From: Candidatus Bathyarchaeota archaeon
GTDB taxonomy: Archaea > Thermoproteota > Bathyarchaeia > Bathyarchaeales > Bathycorpusculaceae
NCBI GenBank assembly: GCA_963833575.1
Contig: CAWHXY010000004.1
Coordinates: 192,001 to 256,000 of the forward strand
DNA length: 64,000 bases
Direction: 5' to 3'
Position 1 is the first letter of the stretch. Each line of letters opens with the position of its first letter. The notes beneath the pieces were generated by a model, which made no database searches, was not told the origin of the DNA, and was given only the letters and a program-made list of their open reading frames with translations. A program made the translations under genes and the position numbers. Positions 18,275 to 28,494 of this stretch are shown one piece after another.

Positions 18275-18744
18275 AAGCAGTACAGCAAATTTTAGTTTTA
18301 TAATTACAAGTTATTAATTTTTCAACAAGTATCTTATTTTATGCTTGATCCCTTAGTTTTAAATAAAATACAAACAAATTTCACCTTTAATTTTCCGTGC
18401 AGGGTCGACAAGGCATATGCAACCACGTCACAGATAGTAGTCATTTTCGAAGCTTTTCAAGGACTGATTACTAAACACTTTGCAGTTTTTTTAAGTAACA
18501 TGCTGACTCTGTTGTGCTCGCTCATCTGGAGAGAGCACTGGCTCGATATTTGTTCTGAGTTCGACACTTAACCCAAAAGCTAAGAACTCGGCTTGTTTAC
18601 TTATCTACGCTAATCCAGTTTTGTTTGCAATTTTCAGAGTTATTAAAACTGTTAGAAAGAGAGAATAAATAAAAAATAAATATCGAATCCCGCTAATCGT
18701 CAAGATAAACCCCGATCTTTGCCTTGACTGTGAATACAGTTTTT

Positions 18745-18824
18745 GACAAGGGTTTGCTGAGATTCTGGCACAGAAATATTTTCTTTTAGGAGAAAAAGAA
18801 AAATGCAAATCTCACGAAACTATG
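18745..18824. repeat. 80-bp exact direct repeat, copy 2
   Basis: Identical to 14419-14498; looser similarity continues toward the propeller gene stop. Confidence 0.95.
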
Positions 18825-18926
18825 GCTTGTGTCGTGAATATTAACCAGAACCTTCTCAGCCCCATTTTTTTCTCAAGTGTTTTTTTAGACTAAAAAAGGG
18901 GAAAGATAGTTTTTGTTTTGGCATTT

Positions 18927-21635
18927 TTATGGCTTTTTTCTTACTAACACTAAACCGACCATTACGACTGCAATGATTATTGCGATTGCTGCTACTGCTG
19001 TGTATGTCATCAGGTCGGTTGCTGTTGCCAAGTTTTGTGCAGGAACCGCAGTAGGTGCCTGAGTTGCTGGTGGGTTGCTTGCGTAGAAGGCTGCTGTTGC
19101 GGATGATCCGTAGTATGAATTCGTGCCCGCGAAAGTTGCTGTAACTGTGAAGTTTCCTGATATGGTGGGTGTCCATGTTAGACTGTAGAAGCCGCTTGGG
19201 GTAGATGTTGTAGTGCCTATTGGATAACAGTTGCCGTTTGAATCAGTGACTGAAATCGTAACTGGAACTCCAGTCAAGTTTGTTGGCATTGGTTGCTGCT
19301 CGTAAACAGCTTCCATAAACTGGCTCATGCTAGCGTCAGATACACATGGAAGACCACTGGGGAAGTTCGCTGCAACTGCTTCTTGCTGTGAGCCAGCGGA
19401 GATGTCGGTGATTGTTCCTGAAATCGTTATCGGGGTTGCAGTTGTTACGCCAACAGCAGGAACGGTAACAGTAATAGCGCTTGGTCCCATTCCGTAGCCG
19501 TAAACTTGGTTGTCGTATGCGTTGAGTGTCGTCATAATTCCGTCTGAGACAGCCTTGACACCGTTAACGTCGAAAGCCAGCATGCTCCACACTCCTGTTC
19601 CGTCGGTAAGGTTTAGTGCTAAAATTTTTGCGCTATGGAACAATGGGGGAGCGAACTCGTGTCCTTCAGATAAGATAAGCATTCCTCCAGCAACTACTCC
19701 TCTTCCGAGGGAGGTCCATAAGGGTTCTACGCCATATGGAGAGTCAGTGCCACCGGATGGAGTGTGATATTGCCAATTGATTGCACCAGTGTGAATGTTG
19801 ATGGAATAAACATCTCCTCCTAAAGTCCAAATGTAGATTGTGCCATTTGCAACTATTTGCGACATGCCAAGACTAGTCCAAGGATTAGCATTTGGAAGCG
19901 TTATTGGTCCCCAAAGCTGTGCACCTGTAAGAAGATTGTAGCCGGTAACTGTTTCCGTATTGAGGTTACATTCTACCCAAACTCCATCGCCAATAGCAGA
20001 GCCAGTATTACCATTACCAGTACTCCCGAAAGATACTCGAGTATTTGCTGGTTCGGTTCGATTAACTGGTCCCCATAGTAGCTGTCCGGTATCTGAACTA
20101 TAGCCTGCTTCAACTATCCATCCCGCCTGGAAAGCATCTGAAAAACCGCCTGTACTGCCATATTGTTGCATAAAGATAACTCCACTGCTCATTCCAGAAT
20201 AGCTGAGAGTTATAGGAGCACCTGAGATGTTAGTTGCCAAAGGAGCGGTCCATTCTATTCCGTCACTAAATGGAATTACGGCGCCTTGTGGAGGTCTCCA
20301 GGTCCAAAGATTATTAAGTGGAAAACCTGGTATGACTAGCCCTGTATCGAGTCCGTACTGGAAAATAGCTTTGGTAGAGTTCCAAGCAACTAACGTGGCT
20401 GCAGCTGGATTAGTTGAGTTAACGTAGTAGCATATCAAGTCTCCATTTTGACTCTCCGTAATTTGTGACAATCCAATGCCAAACGGTCCTGCTGGAATGT
20501 TAACAACACTCAATATGTACTTTCCACTCATTGCATCAAACATGTTATATGCGGTTGTTCCTGGTGCAGTTTTGACGCCATCGGGAACTCCGGCGCTCCA
20601 TAAGTATGCTAAGGCTCCGTACTGGTTTGGTGACACATAATTGAATATTTGACCGTTGACTAAAGTTGTGACTGCGCCAGAAGATGTTAAAGCAGTGTGC
20701 TCTGGAGAACCACCGCCGTAGTTGGTGGCATCGTTAGTCCATATTGTTTGTCCAGTGTGTAGGTTTACAGCCACCCAGCTTGTTGGATAAGTTGTGCTTC
20801 CAGGATACGTAGTGTAGTAGAGAATGCCATTCATGATAATTGGTTGGAATTTGACTTCGTACTGTGCAGTTGAGTAATAGTTGCTTTGTAGGGATCCACC
20901 GAATTCTCCACCTATTGTACCTCCGAAGGCCTCAGGTTTTGTCCATAGAACGTGACTAGAAGTTGGAGCTGTAGTGTAGGGGTTATAGTTTCCCGTAGCA
21001 TTATACACTCCACCAAATACGCCGAACCCGAATCCAAGCCAGTTTCCAGCGATTGTGTACCAGTTGTTGTTCAAAGCATTTATCGGGCGTGTCCAGTAGC
21101 TTGTTGGGAGCGGAGTTAATGGCGAGTTTGTTATTGGATCCGATTGAACAGTTAGTGTAAATGGGCTGCTTTGGCTGGGTTGATAATAGTCGCCTATAGC
21201 GGTGCTAGCTGGTTGGCCGGGGTAGAGCGAGGGTGATGGGTTGTCGCCTGCTAAGGTTTGTCCACCGAAAAACGACTGGAGAGTATAGTTGCCAACATTA
21301 GCTGGGGTAAATGTGGTTGACGTTCCTCCTGAACTATCGGAGGAAAACGGCCCTAGTGTTTGTTTGGTTCCATCAGGCGCAGTAACCACGACGGTCATGT
21401 TGTGCCATCTGTCACCAAATTGAGCGTTTGCTGTTGGGGGTGGGCAACTAAGCCATAGGTTGACGAAAACTGTTTGTCCGACGCCTATAGGATTAGGTGC
21501 AACGCTAACGTACATGTATGTTGGAAGTTGCCACGAAGGTGTGTGTGCATCAGCAGTGAAAATTGAGGTTAAATTTGTTGCAACGATTGCTAATAGTAGT
21601 ACAATTGCTAAAATAGTTTTGATTTTCTTATTCAT
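18927..21635 (-). CDS. Secreted PQQ-like beta-propeller surface protein
   Basis: SVAPNPIGVGQ, PLPTSYWTRPI, NAYDNQVY, CVSDASMSQFMEAVYEQQPMP, C-terminal TM + RKKP. Confidence 0.9.
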   Translation of the reverse strand: MNKKIKTILAIVLLLAIVATNLTSIFTADAHTPSWQLPTYMYVSVAPNPIGVGQTVFVNLWLSCPPPTANAQFGDRWHNMTVVVTAPDGTKQTLGPFSSDSSGGTSTTFTPANVGNYTLQSFFGGQTLAGDNPSPSLYPGQPASTAIGDYYQPSQSSPFTLTVQSDPITNSPLTPLPTSYWTRPINALNNNWYTIAGNWLGFGFGVFGGVYNATGNYNPYTTAPTSSHVLWTKPEAFGGTIGGEFGGSLQSNYYSTAQYEVKFQPIIMNGILYYTTYPGSTTYPTSWVAVNLHTGQTIWTNDATNYGGGSPEHTALTSSGAVTTLVNGQIFNYVSPNQYGALAYLWSAGVPDGVKTAPGTTAYNMFDAMSGKYILSVVNIPAGPFGIGLSQITESQNGDLICYYVNSTNPAAATLVAWNSTKAIFQYGLDTGLVIPGFPLNNLWTWRPPQGAVIPFSDGIEWTAPLATNISGAPITLSYSGMSSGVIFMQQYGSTGGFSDAFQAGWIVEAGYSSDTGQLLWGPVNRTEPANTRVSFGSTGNGNTGSAIGDGVWVECNLNTETVTGYNLLTGAQLWGPITLPNANPWTSLGMSQIVANGTIYIWTLGGDVYSINIHTGAINWQYHTPSGGTDSPYGVEPLWTSLGRGVVAGGMLILSEGHEFAPPLFHSAKILALNLTDGTGVWSMLAFDVNGVKAVSDGIMTTLNAYDNQVYGYGMGPSAITVTVPAVGVTTATPITISGTITDISAGSQQEAVAANFPSGLPCVSDASMSQFMEAVYEQQPMPTNLTGVPVTISVTDSNGNCYPIGTTTSTPSGFYSLTWTPTISGNFTVTATFAGTNSYYGSSATAAFYASNPPATQAPTAVPAQNLATATDLMTYTAVAAIAIIIAVVMVGLVLVRKKP

Positions 21636-21845
21636 TTTTTCTCATCCTTTTGTAGTGAGTTTTTTGCTCGCTAAGGGCTCTTTGCCATAAAAAGTCTTTT
21701 AAGGCTATACCTGCAACCTGAAAAAACCGCGAAATTCTTAGAAAGAACGCAAATTAAACGCACAAAAAAACTTTTAATACTTGCTGATTAACCGTTATGA
21801 ATATCAAATATTGAGCTTAGCAGATTACGTTAAGAGGATTACCCA

Positions 21846-22838
21846 ATGGAAGTAATCAGCGGGCTTGACGCTAGAATATTGAGAGCCCTCTTAGAAGATG
21901 GACGAAAGAGTTACCGAGATATTGCCAGAGAAAACAACATTTCAGAAGACATCATTTTCAGGCATTTAAAGAAAATGGAAAAGAATGGAATAATTGTTGG
22001 AGCAACAACCCAAGAAAACCACCCTGATGTTGGGTATCCTGTTGTTGCTGATATTTATGCCAAAGCGTCGATCACAGACAGAGTCAAGGTTAACATAGAA
22101 AAATATCTAGAGGAAAAAACGAATGCCCATTATGTAATTCCTTTGTTCCTCTTTAACTCGTTAAATAGGTCATTTTCAATAATTATTCTAATGAATAACA
22201 GGAACCAGTTTAACGAGATTAAAAAAGATATCGAGAAATTAATCCTTCCTGAAACAATTTACACCGATTACTGGACTGGCCGAACAATCGAAATGCCTGA
22301 GAACCTGTCGTTTGGACGCTACAAAGAATCTACGTTCAAGGAGATACCGGATATTTATTTCTATAGAAAACCCAGAGTAGACCAAATTGACCTAAAAATA
22401 CTTGAGAAACTCCGAGAGAATGGTCGAATACCATTCGGCGAGATACAAAAGGAAATCGGAGTCTCAATAGATACAATCGCGCGAAAATACCATAGACTGC
22501 GAAAACATGGAATAATCAAAATCACCACACTAATCAACGCTGAAAGGCTCGGTTATTCAGGGATTTTATTCACTAGGATAAAATTAGCATCCCATCGAGA
22601 CATAGATCTTGCACTTCGTTCATTAATAAAAATACCAGATATTTATGCTATTGTTGAGTTATCAGGGTATTATGATCTTCGCGTTTTTATTTTGATAAGG
22701 GATATTAATCATCTATTGGAAATGCAACAGAAAATAAGTAATATTCCTTCTTTTAAGGAAGCTGAAACAATTCTTGTTCGTGAATCCGTTAGTTCTTTCC
22801 CAGGTCCACATCCGCATTGGATTACAAATTGGAGATAG
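21846..22838 (+). CDS. Tandem Lrp/AsnC-family regulator
   Basis: Two AsnC HTHs: LDARILRALLEDGRKSY and IDLKILEKLRENGRIPF. Confidence 0.88.
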   Translation: MEVISGLDARILRALLEDGRKSYRDIARENNISEDIIFRHLKKMEKNGIIVGATTQENHPDVGYPVVADIYAKASITDRVKVNIEKYLEEKTNAHYVIPLFLFNSLNRSFSIIILMNNRNQFNEIKKDIEKLILPETIYTDYWTGRTIEMPENLSFGRYKESTFKEIPDIYFYRKPRVDQIDLKILEKLRENGRIPFGEIQKEIGVSIDTIARKYHRLRKHGIIKITTLINAERLGYSGILFTRIKLASHRDIDLALRSLIKIPDIYAIVELSGYYDLRVFILIRDINHLLEMQQKISNIPSFKEAETILVRESVSSFPGPHPHWITNWR

Positions 22839-23183
22839 CGATTAAGAGGATAGTTAGAAGAGAAAAGAAACTTTCTTATTCCCAAGAGAGACACCACCCC
22901 CAGAAGACCTATAGTTTTTTTTCATGCAGTCAAGCAATCTGGCTCTTGTTAAACTAATTACTTTGACACATAGAGTCTACGCAGGGTACCTCGCTCATTC
23001 TGCTATCGCAAATTAATGTTTTCCTCAATGAATAAATTGGCGAATATAGTTAGCAATTTTAACGGGAAGATTCCTTAGCTTAATAAAATAATTATCGCAG
23101 GAAATACCAACATAATTCTTAATTATTTGTTATTTTGTGAGGGGTAATTTTTCTATTTTTTTCTTATTTTTTTGCTGTTTTAT

Positions 23184-23260
23184 GTGTTTACTCGATTCCG
23201 ATACTACATATACTTTACCTTAACCTTATGTTATGTGTGTTACCTGAATCGAGTGAACAC
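23184..23260. repeat. 15-bp inverted repeat (one G-T pair) around a ~47-nt loop
   Basis: GTGTTTACTCGATTC / GAATCGAGTGAACAC. Confidence 0.75.
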
Positions 23261-23334
23261 TTTTGTTATTTTTTTAGTTACCTAACCAATTATCATTATT
23301 TTTAACATGGTTAACGGTAGTCGTGGTCGTCGTA

Positions 23335-23505
23335 GTGGTTGGTTGGTTGGTTGGATTAAATTTTAATCCTCTCTCTCGGACTCACTGCATCACTGACTGT
23401 CACTGAAACACCCTGTCACATATAATCACTCAATCTCTCCATCACTCAAATTCTCACTATCACTCAGTCACTCATACATACCTACCCTACCTACCTCACT
23501 ATCTC
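23335..23505. repeat. Low-complexity block: (GGTT)n, palindrome GGATTAAA-T-TTTAATCC, and ~10 TCAC(T) repeats
   Basis: Direct reading; non-coding, strongly C/A-skewed. Confidence 0.7.
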
Positions 23506-23712
23506 TAAGACCAGGCAGGCATCTAAGCGAGCAAGCAGGCAGGAGAGCACACAGACGAAAAAGGGTTAAGATTTGATTGTTTAATGGCATGCGATCATAA
23601 TGAATCATGATTATGACGAGTGCGTCAGCCGACTGGAAGAAGGATCGCGGAATAGGATGTAATACTTTTTTCATTACAATTATCAAGAGAATAATTACTT
23701 AGGAAGCAGCAA

Positions 23713-23961
23713 ATGATTGCTTGTTACTTTCATGCAGCAGCAATTCGCAACGGTCACACAAGTAATGGAACTCAAAGATGGAAATGTAAGCGATGCAAAT
23801 CTAACTTTACTTTTGGCAAAATAACAGTAGAAGAAAGACAAGCAGTAATCAAAAATCATAACATAGCAGTCAGAAGAAGAATAAGAAATAAAGTGCTTGA
23901 TCGAAGACCGGATTTGCTCGATCGCCGGCTAGAAGAAATCATTAGAAGAAGAGGCTTTTAG
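23713..23961 (+). CDS. InsA/IS1-like zinc-ribbon small protein
   Basis: C..H..IRNGHTSNGTQRWKCKRCKSNF. Confidence 0.65.
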   Translation: MIACYFHAAAIRNGHTSNGTQRWKCKRCKSNFTFGKITVEERQAVIKNHNIAVRRRIRNKVLDRRPDLLDRRLEEIIRRRGF

Positions 23962-24134
23962 GAATTGTCACACAACCCAAAAGTAAGACCAAAATTGAAT
24001 CAACGCCAAGCTGCTGTCAAACAAAAGATGCGACATGACATTAAATTTGGCGTTAGCACTAAGACACGAACTCATGAAACAAAGAATGTCTTAAATCTTA
24101 TAACAAATAAGTAATCAGTTAAAAGAGGGATAAC

Positions 24135-24389
24135 ATGTTCGCAAAAGAACCGTTTCCTAATACAACAACTCCCCTATGTGATAGTCTTTTACGAAATCTT
24201 GTTAATGCAGTTGAAAGCACAACACCTTTCGAACAGGCTAAAGCTAATGGATGGTTAGATAGACTTGGTAATCGGAAATGTCAGATTTGCCTAAGTTGGT
24301 TCTTTAGAAACTATTGTAACCATCCATCACCCTTTGTTCAAAACATTGCCAAAAAAGCTTATGATTATGAAATGTCTCTAAATCCATAA
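24135..24389 (+). CDS. Small hypothetical protein with CxxC
   Basis: GAGG ribosome-binding site; RKCQICL..YCNH. Confidence 0.55.
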   Translation: MFAKEPFPNTTTPLCDSLLRNLVNAVESTTPFEQAKANGWLDRLGNRKCQICLSWFFRNYCNHPSPFVQNIAKKAYDYEMSLNP

Positions 24390-24415
24390 AATCCAAAAGA
24401 CGGCTTGAAAAGTCA

Positions 24416-24841
24416 TTAATCTAAATTTGTTCTCTCTAAGAACACTATTACCGACTCACAGATTTTTTTTATTTTGTTCTCTTCAGCTAAATCTAAGTCA
24501 TTTCTCCAAGTTCTTGATTCATGAGCTACATCATTTCGTTTTTCTCGAAGGTCATCTAACGTCTTAAATTCATCATTTTTCAACAATCCCATCTTTTTGC
24601 AGTTTTTCAGAAGCCCAGAAAAAGTTAGACTTTTGAATATTTCTGCTGTCTTCTTCCACTTTTTGTCTTTTGGCTCATTTATTTGTGGTTTAATCCAATC
24701 AGTGAGCAACGACCTAAGGCGTATACCTGCATAAATGTAAGCAATTAACAATGCGAGATGATATTCCTTGTTTCTGAGAAAAGAATTGATTTTGTCTCTT
24801 GCATATGTAGTGGTTTCTTCTCTTTCAGAAAAGTCTCCCAA
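24416..24841 (-). CDS. HEPN-like protein (RX4H)
   Basis: LREKRNDVAHE motif in an all-helical protein. Confidence 0.7.
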   Translation of the reverse strand: MGDFSEREETTTYARDKINSFLRNKEYHLALLIAYIYAGIRLRSLLTDWIKPQINEPKDKKWKKTAEIFKSLTFSGLLKNCKKMGLLKNDEFKTLDDLREKRNDVAHESRTWRNDLDLAEENKIKKICESVIVFLERTNLD

Positions 24842-24958
24842 ATAGATAGCCTGCTCACAATTATTATGTTTCTTAGTATAAGTAATTATTGCGTTACAGT
24901 TACTGAATATTTTTGTGACATAAAGTTTTAGTAAAACACCCGGCTGTTTGGGAAATCC

Positions 24959-26197
24959 CTAGTGAATTATCATGATTTTTCCATTTTGAATTGTTAGCCA
25001 GCCTCTTTTATTAAGCATAATTCCTGTCAAAGTTGAAGCGATGTTTTGTTTGGTTTCTTCTAAGTAATCAACTATCCTACACAAATCAATCGTTCGTGTT
25101 ATCAAAAGGTTTGAGTTTACTGATTTTTCAATAACATTAGGCGGAAATGGCTCGTTTTTGTTTTCTATTGAGTCGGCAATTCTGAAAGTATTAGCTATTA
25201 ACAAACCTGTTAGTTGCGGCACCTCTCTCGCTTCTCTGTGTTCGTCAAGTTTTGAAATATCTTGTCTAGTCAAGTTTTTGTTTAAACCTTTGACCTCAAC
25301 CATAATTTGTTTTTCTTTCCTCGACATAATCCACAAGTCCTCTTCATAAATCTCATCAGTTTGCGTCAGAAAACCGATTTTCTGCAAAAACGTGTTAATT
25401 GCGAGCTCCAAGTTTTTATCCCCTAGCCACAAAATTGATTTCATTTCCTCATAACGTTCAAGTTTTGTTTGCAAGGGGCGAATTTCTTCTTGCATAATTT
25501 TGTTAATCTCTTCTCTAGCATCTTTTTCTTCTCTGAATTGAAACTGAGATATGTATTTTGGCGGTTGAAGTATTACTCTTGTTGAATAAGATACTAATGC
25601 AGTCGTTAGTCTTTTCAGGTGCTCAACTACATATCCGATACCTGTTGAGCCCCACACAGTTGGAATAAAAAGCAACAATCCCTTGCCTATTTTCTTAGAA
25701 AAACCTGTAACTAAATCTTCGTAAGCATAACAAATGACTTCATCAACTACACTTTGGCTAAAATATGATTGCGTTGCTCCTACATCGTCAATATAAGATT
25801 TAAACTCTGATCTTCTAACTGTAAGATTCCCAACAATTTGCCCCTGCTCAAAATAACCAAAAGGTATCTGATATGAACTAAAAATTCGATTAACTACATA
25901 ATCTTCAATGGTGCCGCCAATGAAACAAACTAATTTGCCTCTTTCTAAGGCAAGATGTATTTCATTTTCCCTTTGAATTGCCGCGGCAGGAGCTGACTTA
26001 ACGGTTTGAGAGTAGCCAAACGTGCTCCTTTCATAACGGTGCGCAAAAACACCGACCGAATAAATAATTATGTCATAATCAGCAAGATGACCGGAAAAGT
26101 CATTATCGGGAAAAGAAATTTCTCCTTCCTCATAACTAATGGATTTAATTCCGCTCATGCCAAAGACAACTATCTTCCGCGAACAACTCATTTGCAA
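24959..26197 (-). CDS. Protein with coiled coil and C-terminal PD-(D/E)xK restriction-endonuclease-like domain
   Basis: LE..I..FLQKIGF, EEDLWI, VEVKG, GLLIAN. Confidence 0.7.
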   Translation of the reverse strand: MQMSCSRKIVVFGMSGIKSISYEEGEISFPDNDFSGHLADYDIIIYSVGVFAHRYERSTFGYSQTVKSAPAAAIQRENEIHLALERGKLVCFIGGTIEDYVVNRIFSSYQIPFGYFEQGQIVGNLTVRRSEFKSYIDDVGATQSYFSQSVVDEVICYAYEDLVTGFSKKIGKGLLLFIPTVWGSTGIGYVVEHLKRLTTALVSYSTRVILQPPKYISQFQFREEKDAREEINKIMQEEIRPLQTKLERYEEMKSILWLGDKNLELAINTFLQKIGFLTQTDEIYEEDLWIMSRKEKQIMVEVKGLNKNLTRQDISKLDEHREAREVPQLTGLLIANTFRIADSIENKNEPFPPNVIEKSVNSNLLITRTIDLCRIVDYLEETKQNIASTLTGIMLNKRGWLTIQNGKIMIIH

Positions 26198-26323
26198 TTC
26201 CCTTTACTCTAAAGGTTTACGTTTTGGAAAAAAGGCTTTCTATACTATCTCCAGATGACCATTAAATTCTTCCATGCCAATCGGGGAAATTGAGTTTTTA
26301 TGTTTTTGCGTTCTCCTGCTTTA

Positions 26324-27010
26324 TTAGTTCTTTTGAGTTCTGAAATCACAAAAATAAACGTGGTATGATGACGGGAAAGTTTTGTTTACATTAATTGTTA
26401 TACTGTCTGATACAAAATTCTTTTTTGTTCTGATGCAATCAAAGAATTTTTTGGCCAATTCAAGTGAATATTTGTTGTTAAAATCACTTTTCTCGTTGTA
26501 CGCCTTTTCATATTTGCCCCAGCTTATTTGTTCTGACGCCACATTGACAGATATTTTTCTTAGGTCACGGGACAGCACAATCAAGATAAAGATGTCTGGA
26601 TTCTTCTCAAATATATCTTCAATAATTGGTAACGTCACCTTCCAACTGTGCGATTTGCCTTCTTTTTTTAACGAATTTAGTTCGCTTCTCAGAAGGTCTA
26701 TATTCCATTGAAATTTGTTCATCTCTTTTTCAAGTTTTAACAGGTCTGATTCGTAGTAGAACTTTGCTTCTATTTTCGTATTGTTTACAACCATATCACA
26801 CCATTGATTTTTCCCAAGATTCTTTTCAAGACATAAGTTAAGAAAACCTCTTTTGTACAAATATTTTGCAAGTAAGTAGCACATAGGACGCTCCTGTTTG
26901 ATGTGCGCTCCATATGCACTGAGGTCTATCAATTCCTCTACGTAGGGTTTAGAAAGCATAACACTTTTCAAAGTTTCAATTTCCAATTGTTGAATATTCC
27001 TTTCTGCCAT
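26324..27010 (-). CDS. Putative PD-(D/E)xK nuclease-fold protein
   Basis: QER..CYLL, CLEK, CDMVV..IEAKFY. Confidence 0.6.
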   Translation of the reverse strand: MAERNIQQLEIETLKSVMLSKPYVEELIDLSAYGAHIKQERPMCYLLAKYLYKRGFLNLCLEKNLGKNQWCDMVVNNTKIEAKFYYESDLLKLEKEMNKFQWNIDLLRSELNSLKKEGKSHSWKVTLPIIEDIFEKNPDIFILIVLSRDLRKISVNVASEQISWGKYEKAYNEKSDFNNKYSLELAKKFFDCIRTKKNFVSDSITINVNKTFPSSYHVYFCDFRTQKN

Positions 27011-27148
27011 CAGGATTCCAGCTGCTTCAGATTAATCTAATTGCAACGTTAATGAAGCGCAGAGTTTAATGCTTTTGCGCGCTATCATCAGTATCTAAAC
27101 TCCATAATTGTTAAAACTGCTTCAGAACAAACAATTTAACGATTAAAG

Positions 27149-27973
27149 ATGCCAGTCTGTTTAAACTGTGACAGAGAAACAAGACTAGAGTACAAATTTT
27201 GCCCGTTTTGTGGTCGCAAAATTGAAGAAACAAGTTTGGTTACAATTTTGGTTAAGTCCGAAAAAAACGGGAAGATTTGTCTTGCTGGTGTGAATGAAAA
27301 CAGACGGTGGGTTCGTCCAGTCAAGGCTGGCGGTTTCATGGAAAAAGATACAGTAATGGACAATGGTGAGATGATAGGTCTCTTTGATGTTGTCGAAATG
27401 AAATTTAGCGCTCCGTACCCAATCAAACATCACACGGAAAATATGCTGGTTTCTCCTGGCAGTGGCATTAAGCTTGCAATGAAATTTGGGGAAGAGTCAC
27501 GGAAGAACTTGCTCTCAGAAATTGTCGACCCTGCATTACTGGATGAAGTGGATTCAAGAGATTCCCTTTACAATAAAATGGTAGATTTGCTACACCAATC
27601 ACTGGCTTTGGTTGGACCAGTAAATTCTTTTGAAATTCAAAGTAGTATAATAATCGGCAAAAACCATCCCCGAATTTGGATGCCACTAAGCCAATTACCT
27701 TTCTATTTTACATGTACTGACAGTGGATTTTGTAAATTTATTGGAAACAAATTTGCCGAGATTAAAGGTGACGGCATTATCAGTTCGCAAGATGTTGCTG
27801 AGTTGAGAGGTAAACAAACATATTTTGTAATTGGCATAACCGGACCTTTTATTGATGAGAATGGCGAAATTATTCTTAATAATTATGCTCCACCCGGAAG
27901 TTCAATTCAGCCGAGGTACTGGCCAATGGTCGTGAGTGTTCTAACCGTACCAAACTATTCTAGCGAGGAATAA
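27149..27973 (+). CDS. Zinc-ribbon + dual-OB-fold protein
   Basis: CLNC..CPFCG; VKSEKNGKICLAG..WVRPV, HTEN, TD..F, IGITGPF..WPMVVSV. Confidence 0.72.
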   Translation: MPVCLNCDRETRLEYKFCPFCGRKIEETSLVTILVKSEKNGKICLAGVNENRRWVRPVKAGGFMEKDTVMDNGEMIGLFDVVEMKFSAPYPIKHHTENMLVSPGSGIKLAMKFGEESRKNLLSEIVDPALLDEVDSRDSLYNKMVDLLHQSLALVGPVNSFEIQSSIIIGKNHPRIWMPLSQLPFYFTCTDSGFCKFIGNKFAEIKGDGIISSQDVAELRGKQTYFVIGITGPFIDENGEIILNNYAPPGSSIQPRYWPMVVSVLTVPNYSSEE

Positions 27974-27974
27974 A

Positions 27975-28478
27975 ATGAATAAACTTTTTTCAATAGGATC
28001 AGGAAATGAAGACTTAAACAGTTTCATTAATAGGCTCAAAAAATGGGACATTAAGTGCTTAGTTGACTTGAGGTCTCAACCTTACAGCAGATACGTTCCC
28101 CATTTTAATCGTGAAAGTCTGTCGGATTCGTTAAAGAAGGCTGAAATAGACTACATGTACTATGGAGACAAGCTTGGGGGTCGACCGCCGGAAGGCTTTG
28201 AAAAATTCCGAACCTCTCATAGATTTAGAGAGAATATCGACCTGCTATTGAGTCAAATTGAAGGAAAAGTTACTGCTTTAATGTGCACAGAATTCGACAT
28301 AACAAAATGTCATCGTCGTTTTATTGTCGTAGAAATAATTAAGAAAGGCATCGACGTAACCGTAATCGACAAAGAAGGAAATGAGGCTAAACCCATTTCA
28401 AGTTTCTCAACAAAAAAGTCAAAACCCCGTAAAGCAGTCAAGGATTCCAAGAGTCAGAGTAAACTCACAGGATTCTAA
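27975..28478 (+). CDS. DUF488-family protein
   Basis: LFSIG, LVDLRSQPYSR, LGGRP, LMCTE..KCHRR. Confidence 0.88.
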   Translation: MNKLFSIGSGNEDLNSFINRLKKWDIKCLVDLRSQPYSRYVPHFNRESLSDSLKKAEIDYMYYGDKLGGRPPEGFEKFRTSHRFRENIDLLLSQIEGKVTALMCTEFDITKCHRRFIVVEIIKKGIDVTVIDKEGNEAKPISSFSTKKSKPRKAVKDSKSQSKLTGF

Positions 28479-28494
28479 CAAGGAGACAAACTGA

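Noticed and set aside
21705-21770. CTGCAACCTGAAAA as another element copy
   Set aside because: It lacks the AAAAAAGCAACCC block and an upstream array, and lies in a divergent promoter
23713-23961. Active IS1 element
   Set aside because: No InsB/DDE frame or terminal inverted repeats found
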